Assembly: GCA_033812795.1 (NCBI GenBank)
Contig: JAPXSY010000006.1
Location: 16,755 to 80,754 of the forward strand
From: Kiritimatiellia bacterium
Lineage (GTDB): Bacteria > Verrucomicrobiota > Kiritimatiellia > RFP12 > UBA1067
Direction of reading: 5' to 3'
DNA: 64,000 bases
Shown one piece after another: positions 9,680 to 17,774 of this stretch. Within the stretch, counting starts at the first letter, position 1. Every line of letters starts with the position of its first letter. The position numbers were made by a program, and so were the translations under genes. The notes under the pieces are model-generated. The model was not told where the DNA came from, made no database searches, and worked only from the letters and a program-made list of their open reading frames with translations.

Positions 9680-12600
9680 TCAGGCCTTCTCCACATGCAG
9701 GCCGACCGCGTGCCCGTTCAACTCGATCACCGGCCCATGCACTTCATCGAACCGGATGCCCTCACACAGCGTCTCGGCTTTCACATAATCCGCGTACTGT
9801 TCGATCGCCTCGCGCACCTCGGCCCCGCACGCCACCGTAACCCGGATACGCTGCGTCACCTCGTACCCCGCCTCTTTGCGCAGGTTCTGCACACGGCTGA
9901 CCCACTCACGCGCCAACCCCTCGCGGATCAACTCAGGCGTCAGCGCGGTCTCGATCCCAACGATCACATCGTCCTCAGAGGCCACGACCATCCCCACTTT
10001 GGGAGTCCGCCGCACCACCACGTCCCCGGCACAAAGGGTCATCGATTCGCCCCCGACCGCAATCGAAACCTCGCGCCCCGCGGCAAGCGCGGCAGCCTCG
10101 GCAGAGGAAAGAGCGGCGATGGCCGCCGCGACCGCCTTCATGCGAGGGCCGACCCGGGGACCCAGCTGACGAAAATCGGCTTTCACCGAGACATCAGCCA
10201 TAACGGTCTCGTCCTCCCCATATGCCACGGTTTTGATGTTCAGCTCATCGGTGATCAGATCCTCATACCCCTGCAGGATCGCGCGAAGACCGGCATTCCC
10301 GGAGACCACATGCAGCACCGCGAGGGGCTGCCGAATCTTCAGATCGTTCTCGGTACGCAACTGGCGGCCAAGCCGCACCACCTGCTGCACCCGGGCCATC
10401 GCGCTTTCCAACGCCTCATCACGGCCCGCCGCATACGCCTGCGGAAAATCGCACAGATGCACCGACTCGGGCATTGAGGCGCCGCGCAGATTACGGTATA
10501 TCGCCTCGCTGATGAACGGCGTGAACGGTGCGGCCACCTGACAGAGCTGCACCAGCACATACCGCAAGGTCCGGTAGGCGTGCGTCTTGTCTTCGTCGTT
10601 CTGAGATTTCCAGAAGCGGCGGCGGCTCCGCCGGATATACCAGTTGGTCAGATCCTCAATAAACGTGACGAACGGGCGCACGGAACGCTGCAAGTCGTAT
10701 CCGTCCATCGCCACCGTCACATCCCGGATCAGCGTCTCGAGCGAACTGACGATCCAGCGGTCCAGCACATTCGGACTCTCGGGACGGACCACCTCGGCAT
10801 CGTCAAACCGGTCGACGTTCGCGTACGTGACGAAAAAGCTGTAGGCGTTCCACCATGGGATCAGCAATTCGCGCAGAATCTGTTTTACGCCGGTTTCGGA
10901 GAAACGCAAGTTCTCGGCGCGCACCACCGGCGAATAAATCATGTAGAGCCGCAGCGCGTCGGCCCCGTACGCATCGAGAATGTGCGACGGGTCCGGGTAG
11001 TTCTTGAGGCGCTTGGACATCTTCTTGCCGTCCTCAGCCAGAACCAGACCGTTGACGATCACGTTCTTGAAGGGCGACTGGTCGAAGAGACAGGTCCCCA
11101 GCACCATCAGGGTATAGAACCAGCCGCGGGTCTGATCCAAACCTTCCGCGATGAAGTCCGCCGGGAAGAATGTGGAGATGTCCTGCCCGCCCTTCCCTCT
11201 CTTCTCCTCAACTCCTAAATCCTCAACTCCTAAATCCTCACTCCTCACTCCTAAATCCCCGAAGGGGTAATGCTGCTGCGCGTATGGCATGGCTCCCGAC
11301 TCGAACCAGCAGTCAAGCACCTCGGGCGTGCGCCGGTAGACCTTGCCGTCGCGCCGGATCACAACGCGGTCAACGAAATGCTTGTGCAAATCCGTGACGC
11401 GTTCTCCGGAAAGCTGCTCCAATTCCGCCACCGAACCCACGCAGATCTGATCCGCGGGATCATTCTCATTGATCCAAACCGGAATGCAGGATCCCCAGAA
11501 ACGGTTACGGCTGATGTTCCAGTCGCGCGCCTCGTTCAGCCAGTTGCCGAACCGCTTTTCGCCGACATACTCCGGCATCCAACGGACCGTAGCGTTGTTG
11601 CGCGTCAGCCGCTCATGCAGATCCTCGACGCGCACGTACCAGGCCTCGATAGCGCGATAGATGAGCGGCGTGTCCGTACGGTCGCAGAAGGGATAACTGT
11701 GCGTCACAGTAGTCTGATGCACCAACTTGCCTTCACGCTTGAGCCACTGGATCAGATCCTTGTCGCAATCCTTGCAGAACCGCCCCTGACACTCAGGCAC
11801 CGCCTCGGTGAAACAACAAGCGGCATCCAATGGATCCGCGATGACGCTCAAACCGGCCTGCTGGCAGACCCGGAAATCGTCTTCGCCATAAGCCGGCGCC
11901 ATGTGCACCAGTCCGGTTCCGTCCTCCGTGCTCACGAAGCTGTCAGTCAGCACACGGAACGCGCCTGCGTCCCGATACTCCGCAAAATGAGGGAAGATCG
12001 GCTCGTAGGTCCAATCCCGCAACGCCTCGCCCTTGAGACGCGCCAGCACCTCGTACGCGCCCGCATCCTTGTAATACACCGGAAGCCGGGCCTCCGCCAG
12101 CACAAAGACGGTCTCGTCCTCACAGTCGCGCACCACCACGTAGTCGATCTCCGGACCGACGCAGATCGCCAGATTCTCGGGCAGGGTCCACGGTGTGGTC
12201 GTCCAAATCAGCAGATAGGTCGTACCCCATGCGGGCTCGGCCCCCGAACGCACGCGCACACGAACGGTCACAGCGGGATCCTGCACGTCCTTGTAGTTGT
12301 TGCCCGCCTCGAAATTGCTGAGCGGCGTGCTGAGTTTCCAACTGTACGGCATGATCCGGTAGGATTTATAGATACGCCCCTGATCCCAGAGCTGCTTGAA
12401 CACCCACCAGATGCTCTCCATGAAACCGGGGTCCATGGTTTTGTAATCGTTGTCGAAATCGACCCAGCGCCCCATGCGCGTAACGGTCTTGCGCCACTCT
12501 TCGACATACGTGAGCACCATGGAGCGGCACTGCTCGTTAAAGGCGGCGACGCCGAACTCCCGAATCGCCTGCGCGCCGCTGACCCCCAGAGCCTCCTGCG

Positions 12601-12895
12601 CCAAGGCCTCGATCGGCAGTCCGTGGCAATCCCAACCGAACCGGCGTTCCACATGGTGGCCGCGCATCGTCTGATACCGCGGCACGATGTCCTTGATCGT
12701 ACCCGCCAGCAAATGCCCGTAGTGCGGCAAACCGGTCGCAAAAGGCGGCCCATCATAAAAAACGTACTCGCGTTGTCCCCGGCGTTGCTCCACGCTTTTC
12801 CGGAAGGTGTCGTGCGACTCCCAAAACGCCAGCATGTCACGTTCCATGCCGGGAAAATCCGTTTGCTTCGATACAGGTTCAAACATAAGATTCAC
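9680..12895 (-). CDS. ileS: Isoleucine--tRNA ligase (type 2)
   Basis: 1071 aa. HIGH-like motif: PHYGHLL. KMSKS motif: KMSKRLKN. The editing (CP1) domain is present. There is an in-frame tandem-repeat insertion (DLGVRSEDLGVEDLGVEE). Confidence 0.92.
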   Translation of the reverse strand: MNLMFEPVSKQTDFPGMERDMLAFWESHDTFRKSVEQRRGQREYVFYDGPPFATGLPHYGHLLAGTIKDIVPRYQTMRGHHVERRFGWDCHGLPIEALAQEALGVSGAQAIREFGVAAFNEQCRSMVLTYVEEWRKTVTRMGRWVDFDNDYKTMDPGFMESIWWVFKQLWDQGRIYKSYRIMPYSWKLSTPLSNFEAGNNYKDVQDPAVTVRVRVRSGAEPAWGTTYLLIWTTTPWTLPENLAICVGPEIDYVVVRDCEDETVFVLAEARLPVYYKDAGAYEVLARLKGEALRDWTYEPIFPHFAEYRDAGAFRVLTDSFVSTEDGTGLVHMAPAYGEDDFRVCQQAGLSVIADPLDAACCFTEAVPECQGRFCKDCDKDLIQWLKREGKLVHQTTVTHSYPFCDRTDTPLIYRAIEAWYVRVEDLHERLTRNNATVRWMPEYVGEKRFGNWLNEARDWNISRNRFWGSCIPVWINENDPADQICVGSVAELEQLSGERVTDLHKHFVDRVVIRRDGKVYRRTPEVLDCWFESGAMPYAQQHYPFGDLGVRSEDLGVEDLGVEEKRGKGGQDISTFFPADFIAEGLDQTRGWFYTLMVLGTCLFDQSPFKNVIVNGLVLAEDGKKMSKRLKNYPDPSHILDAYGADALRLYMIYSPVVRAENLRFSETGVKQILRELLIPWWNAYSFFVTYANVDRFDDAEVVRPESPNVLDRWIVSSLETLIRDVTVAMDGYDLQRSVRPFVTFIEDLTNWYIRRSRRRFWKSQNDEDKTHAYRTLRYVLVQLCQVAAPFTPFISEAIYRNLRGASMPESVHLCDFPQAYAAGRDEALESAMARVQQVVRLGRQLRTENDLKIRQPLAVLHVVSGNAGLRAILQGYEDLITDELNIKTVAYGEDETVMADVSVKADFRQLGPRVGPRMKAVAAAIAALSSAEAAALAAGREVSIAVGGESMTLCAGDVVVRRTPKVGMVVASEDDVIVGIETALTPELIREGLAREWVSRVQNLRKEAGYEVTQRIRVTVACGAEVREAIEQYADYVKAETLCEGIRFDEVHGPVIELNGHAVGLHVEKA
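11200..11260. repeat. In-frame coding tandem repeat inside ileS with an approximately 15-nt unit CTCCTAAATCCTCAA (variable)
   Basis: The sequence ctcctcaactcctaaatcctcaactcctaaatcctcactcctcactcctaaatcc translates on the minus strand to (DLGVE)-like repeats between HYPFG and FPADFIAEG of IleS. Confidence 0.8.
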
Positions 12896-13356
12896 TCATT
12901 TCCCCCTTCCGCTCACCCCATGGCGCACGAAAGGTCAAGATGCGTAAAAGCAAGATAGGAAAACTATAAAGGAACTGCCTTGACACGGCAAGACCGTATA
13001 AGAACTTAACAACCTATACCGTGTAACCTGTAACCTGAAAACCGTCCCCGTCAGCCATTAGCTATTGCAACACCTTTAACCCTCTGAACGTCAACAAGTA
13101 AGCTTTTCCGATTCAACGGAAACCCCCACAGACACACGGTTTTCGGCGGATCGAGAAAGCGTAACATCCTCTGAACTAAAACGTTGAAGGCGTTTCCCCC
13201 CCGTAGCCTGTGCGGTCCCGCTTCCGTCCACATATCATGAGAAGTGGACAGCCCTGCACAGAACCAGCGGGAACCATTCGAGGTTTGCGTTACGGTTTTG
13301 GTTTCTCTGCTCGTCGGGTCATGGAGTTCACCTCATTCCACGCACCCGGCGTCTTG

Positions 13357-13631
13357 TCATGCTTGATGAGGAATGCCTGCAAATCCTTCGGCTGAGCTGT
13401 TAAGAGGCGCCTTCTTCCCTTCGTGGTCAACAATCCGCAACATGTAATTCTTCCCGTCACCCTCTGTGAACGTCCACTTACTCTTATCCGTATTATCCTT
13501 GCCTCTCCACTCGCCAATCAGCAAAGGATCAAAGATCAGATCCTGCTCCGTGTATAACGGGTGCAGGGATGGAGCACACCCCATCAAAAAACCAAGATCC
13601 CGAGGGTCATGATCGCAGTCGTCTTTTTCAT
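13357..13631 (-). pseudogene. Small lipoprotein gene interrupted by a +1/-1 frameshift in a homopolymer (A6 on the plus strand, T6 on the coding strand)
   Basis: ATG at 13631 gives MKKTTAIMTLGILVF followed by a stop. With 7 T it would read MKKTTAIMTLGILVFLMGCAPSLHPLYTEQD...GIPHQA, which has a lipobox L-M-G-C. The homopolymer is at 13586-13591. The GC content is locally low. Confidence 0.55.
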
Positions 13632-13646
13632 GTTTTGCCCTTTCAT

Positions 13647-14384
13647 TCAGACGCGCCGCGCCGGACCCGCGACCGCGCGCCGTAAAGCGAGCCACAGCAC
13701 ATCCAGCAGCATCCGCCCCCCGCTGGAGAAGACCCGAACCGTCGAATGCCCGCCGTAATTCCAAATCACCGGAACCTCCACAACCCGGTACCCCAAATCC
13801 CGCGCCATCGCGATGATCTCGACATCAAAGGCGAAGCGGTTGATGCGCGAACGGCTGAACACCTCGCGGGCGACATCCCGCCGGAACAGTTTGAACCCGC
13901 ATTGCGTGTCGCGCATGTCGTGAACCCCGGCAAGACGCACAAGAAGGTTGAAAACCCGGCTCAACACCCTGCGGTGCAACGGCGGAGGCGTAAGAATATG
14001 AGCGCCGCGGACCGCCCGCGACCCACAGGCAATCGCCGCGCCCGCATCCACCGCCTCTTTCAACCGGACCCACTCTTGCAACGGTGTGGAGAGGTCGGCG
14101 TCCGACATCAGGATCAGATCGCCCTCGGCAGCGAGCACACCGGTCCGAACCGCGTAGCCCTTGCCCCGGTTGACCTTGTAGCCCAGCAGCCGGATCCGGT
14201 CACTGCCCGAAGCGGCGATGAACTCGCGCACCACATCCGAACACCGGTCGGGTGAACCGTCATCCACCAATATCGCGTCAACCTTCACCTCGGTCGTGTC
14301 GCGGATAAACGCCGCGACTTGTTCCAGCGTCCCCTTTAACCGACGGTACTCCCGATAAACCGGTATGACGACTGTTAACCGCAT
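13647..14384 (-). CDS. Family-2 glycosyltransferase (dolichyl-phosphate/polyprenyl-phosphate beta-glycosyltransferase-like)
   Basis: MRLTVVIPVYREYRRLKGTLEQV...ILVDDGSPDRCSDVV...LMSDADLSTP. These are GT-A DxD/DAD motifs. Confidence 0.8.
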   Translation of the reverse strand: MRLTVVIPVYREYRRLKGTLEQVAAFIRDTTEVKVDAILVDDGSPDRCSDVVREFIAASGSDRIRLLGYKVNRGKGYAVRTGVLAAEGDLILMSDADLSTPLQEWVRLKEAVDAGAAIACGSRAVRGAHILTPPPLHRRVLSRVFNLLVRLAGVHDMRDTQCGFKLFRRDVAREVFSRSRINRFAFDVEIIAMARDLGYRVVEVPVIWNYGGHSTVRVFSSGGRMLLDVLWLALRRAVAGPARRV

Positions 14385-14462
14385 GCCTCTCTTTCCCCTT
14401 TGAGTGTTATCCCTCGTTTGTTCGCAACGCATTCCGCACAGCGGACGGATCCCGCCTTTCCC

Positions 14463-17090
14463 TCACCCGCCTGTAAGTAGCGCGAACGCCTCGTGAGCGG
14501 TTTTCGCGGCCAACAACCCGTCCAGCGTCTGACCGGTCAAGCGTTGCCGCAACTCGGCTTCCACCTCGGCGTAGACAGTGGCCTCGGATTCCGGATACAA
14601 CACCATCACCCACACGCGCGGAGATGTTCCGGAGCCAGATGTCGCGGAAGCGATTCCCAACGCCGCGACCATGCGGTCGACATGCGCCGTCCGTACCGGA
14701 AATACCGCGACCTCCTCACCGATCCGGACCGGCGGCGTCTCCACGCCCCGGCGGATATCCGCCATCGCCTCCGGCAACGCATTGACCGCCCCGCTGCGCG
14801 CGCAGAGCGCCAACAGCAGGGCAAGACCCTGTTGACGATCCTCCACATCGAAATCGAGGGCGATGCTCTGCCAACGGAGGCAACGCGCCGGAATCGTCTG
14901 CCGTGCGCAAAACGCCGCGCCGGCGCGGCCGCCGGTGAGCACCGCATACATGTCGTCCGGCGTGTCGCACGCCAGCAGGGCGGCGCGGCCGTGGCTGTCC
15001 AGCAGCCGACACAGGTGCGCGATCACCTGCAATTGCGGCGACGCCGCCTGTTCGGGAGCCAGCACCAGCGCCACGATACGGGCTGGGCGGCCGTCCACGG
15101 TGTCATATGCCAAACCTTCTTTTTTCAGGCCGACCGCACACACCAGACGTGTCACGGCATCGGTGCGGGCGTGCGGCAGGGCCAGCCCGTGCTCCAACCC
15201 CGTGGAGAGATTCTGCTCCCGATCCAAAACCGCCTGCAACGCGCGATCCCGGTCTGTGACCAGTCCGCTCTCGCATAACAGGTTGACGAGTTCGGCGACC
15301 GCCCCGGCCGGAGTGGAGGCCAGCAACCGCGGACGGCAGGTCTCGGGGAACAGGTGGTTCCGCAACACACCCGCGCTCCCGGCCGCAGACGCTTCCGGCA
15401 CCTGTATGTTTTTTCTGAGCAACACGTCATCCAGCGGTCTCCGCAACGCACAAAGGTTCCCCTCGATATCGGAAAGCGCTTCCAGCATCACTACATTCAC
15501 CAGCGCGCGCTCGCGTTCGCCGCATTCGAACGTGATCTCCCCGTCATGGCTCTGGAGATGGATCACCTGAGTCTCGCGGCTGATGCGGTAGAGCATGTGA
15601 TGCCGGTTTAACACCTGCGCGTAAAAGCCCTCATCCTCAAACAGCTCAACAATCCGGTTCGCCATAAGCTGCGCCGCCTGCCGCGAAGGGAACCGGAACA
15701 CCAGCCGCGCCGGTTCCGGCCCGCTTCCACCGCAACCATCCCCCTGATCCAAAACCCGGTCAGAGAGGAACGGCAGAGCCACGCAGGAGCAGAGAATCAG
15801 AAACACGGCGCAAAACAGCAGGCTTTGGGGCAACGGGATCATGCCGCCGACCGCCGCCAGCAATGCCACCGAAAGTTCAGCGCGTGGCAGTGCCAGAATC
15901 CCCACGCGCAGCGATGTCGCGGCGCCTGACCGTGTCAGCGACGCCCCGGCCGCGCATCCGATCAGATTGGCCCCCAACACCGCCACAGCCAACAGCACCG
16001 ACGTGCCGAGCACGGTCTCGTTCGCCAGAAGATTCGGATTGAGACGCATGCCCAACGAGGCGAAACAGGCCGGCATCAGCGTCAGACTCACGAAATCGAG
16101 GCGCTCGCGGATCTCATGCCGGACATCCATCGCGGAGAAGGCCACACCCATCATATACGCGCCGGAGACGACCGGCAGCCCGCAGGCCCCGATCAACCCG
16201 CCCGCGATCAGCAGACCGGCCGCAGAGACCGCAAACGGCTGACCGTAATTCTTCTCCCGCACGGCTAACGCGTTCATGCGGCGCGCAAGCGGAATGCCCA
16301 ACAACAGCACAGCCCCCAACCCGACACCCGCGCGCCACGCCACCGCCGCAATCCGCGCACCGGAAAGCTCGTTCACTCCGCCTCCCGCGCCGCTGACACC
16401 CGCAACCACGGTGAACACGATCAACCCAAGCACATTCCCGGCCATGGCCGCTGTCAGCGACAGGGTGCCCACCGGCGATTCCAAACGTTTGCGGACCGCC
16501 AGCAGACGGGCCAGAAAGCCGACGGATGTGACGGAAATCGGGACGGCGCAAAGCAACAGCGCGGATGTGTGCCACGGCTGCGCCGGACCCAGCAGCGTTG
16601 GCGCGGCCCGGAAAAGCAGCGCGAGCCCCGCGCCGAACGCAAACAGGAATCCGCACACACCCGCCAGCACCCCGCTCGCCGACAGGCGCCGCATCTGACG
16701 CAAGTCCGTATCGAGTCCGGCCAGAAAAAAGAAGACCGCGAGGATCACGGCCATCAGACCCTGCCCGCCCCCACCCCACACCGACAGGAACGCCTCCGCA
16801 TCCCCCATCAATCCGTGCGGGAAAAACGGCAACGCCACCCCGCCGAGCAGATACGGCCCCACCACCACCCCGGCGGCCACCTCGCCGAACACCATCGGGA
16901 GACGCCCCCGCTCAAACAGGGCCCCTCCCAGTCTGGCCGCAAACACCAACACCCCGAGTTGCAGAATAAAACGTGCCGCGGCATCCGTTGCTGATCCCGA
17001 CGCACCGCAACCGTCAGCCCAGACCGGAGACACGGGTATCGCGGCCACCGCCAGTGCCGCCGCCGCCCGCCTCATTCCGCGTGTGATCAT
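14463..17090 (-). CDS. Monovalent cation:proton antiporter (CPA family) membrane domain fused to two C-terminal PTS EIIA-2 (PtsN/EIIA-Ntr-like) domains
   Basis: 875 aa. About 430 aa of transmembrane helices come first. EIIA-2 signatures follow: GLEHGLALPHARTDAV (His phosphorylation-site context), and a second EIIA-like block at the extreme C-terminus. Confidence 0.65.
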   Translation of the reverse strand: MITRGMRRAAAALAVAAIPVSPVWADGCGASGSATDAAARFILQLGVLVFAARLGGALFERGRLPMVFGEVAAGVVVGPYLLGGVALPFFPHGLMGDAEAFLSVWGGGGQGLMAVILAVFFFLAGLDTDLRQMRRLSASGVLAGVCGFLFAFGAGLALLFRAAPTLLGPAQPWHTSALLLCAVPISVTSVGFLARLLAVRKRLESPVGTLSLTAAMAGNVLGLIVFTVVAGVSGAGGGVNELSGARIAAVAWRAGVGLGAVLLLGIPLARRMNALAVREKNYGQPFAVSAAGLLIAGGLIGACGLPVVSGAYMMGVAFSAMDVRHEIRERLDFVSLTLMPACFASLGMRLNPNLLANETVLGTSVLLAVAVLGANLIGCAAGASLTRSGAATSLRVGILALPRAELSVALLAAVGGMIPLPQSLLFCAVFLILCSCVALPFLSDRVLDQGDGCGGSGPEPARLVFRFPSRQAAQLMANRIVELFEDEGFYAQVLNRHHMLYRISRETQVIHLQSHDGEITFECGERERALVNVVMLEALSDIEGNLCALRRPLDDVLLRKNIQVPEASAAGSAGVLRNHLFPETCRPRLLASTPAGAVAELVNLLCESGLVTDRDRALQAVLDREQNLSTGLEHGLALPHARTDAVTRLVCAVGLKKEGLAYDTVDGRPARIVALVLAPEQAASPQLQVIAHLCRLLDSHGRAALLACDTPDDMYAVLTGGRAGAAFCARQTIPARCLRWQSIALDFDVEDRQQGLALLLALCARSGAVNALPEAMADIRRGVETPPVRIGEEVAVFPVRTAHVDRMVAALGIASATSGSGTSPRVWVMVLYPESEATVYAEVEAELRQRLTGQTLDGLLAAKTAHEAFALLTGG

Positions 17091-17108
17091 TGCCGCCTCC
17101 GTCCGTGG

Positions 17109-17771
17109 TTATGCGCCCTGCCGGTTGATCCGCGCAGCGGCAACCCCCGCGCCGAATCCGTTGTCGATGTTCACCACCGTGACCCCGGCCGCGCAGGAGT
17201 TGAGCATACCGAGCAGCGCGGCAAGCCCTTGGAAACTCGCCCCGTACCCGACGCTCGTCGGCACCGCAATCACCGGACGGTCCGTGAGTCCGCCGACCAC
17301 GGAAGGCAGCGCGCCCTCCATCCCGGCCACCACCACAATCGCGCGCGCGTCCTCGAACCGGTCGATCCGTGAGAGCAACCGGTGCAGGCCGGCCACTCCC
17401 ACATCATAAACCCGTTCGATCTGCGCGCCCAGACGCTCGGCCGTGAGTGCCGCCTCCTCCGCCACCAGAAGATCGGACGTGCCGGCGCAGAGTACCGCCA
17501 CCTTGCCTTCCGGTTGCGGCAACGGCGCGACATCACGGGTCAAGATGTGCGCCTCTTCGCGGTAGACGGCATCAGGGATCTCCGTTTGAACAGCGGCAGC
17601 CTGCTCCGGCGTCACACGCGTCACGAATGCGTTTTGTCCGGCATCGTTCAACGCGCGCATGATCGCGGCGATCTGCACGGCAGTCTTGCCCGATCCGAAA
17701 ACCACCTCGGGCATCCCCAACCGCCGCTGGCGGTCGAAATCCGGTTTTGCGAAGTGAAGATCTTCAGTCAT
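17109..17771 (-). CDS. larB: PurE-like AIR-carboxylase-family protein, probably the nickel-pincer cofactor biosynthesis protein LarB
   Basis: It has the N-terminal extension and a PurE-like core (VVVAGMEGALPSVVGGLTDRPVIAVPTSVGYGASFQGLAALLGMLNSCAAGVTVVNIDNGFGAG), which is typical of the LarB architecture. No larC, larE or larA is in the window. Confidence 0.6.
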   Translation of the reverse strand: MTEDLHFAKPDFDRQRRLGMPEVVFGSGKTAVQIAAIMRALNDAGQNAFVTRVTPEQAAAVQTEIPDAVYREEAHILTRDVAPLPQPEGKVAVLCAGTSDLLVAEEAALTAERLGAQIERVYDVGVAGLHRLLSRIDRFEDARAIVVVAGMEGALPSVVGGLTDRPVIAVPTSVGYGASFQGLAALLGMLNSCAAGVTVVNIDNGFGAGVAAARINRQGA

Positions 17772-17774
17772 AGA

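Noticed and set aside
12896-13356. T-box riboswitch upstream of ileS
   Set aside because: No T-box consensus (AGGGTGGNACCGCG) or specifier-loop architecture was found by eye. It is kept only as an unstructured candidate region.
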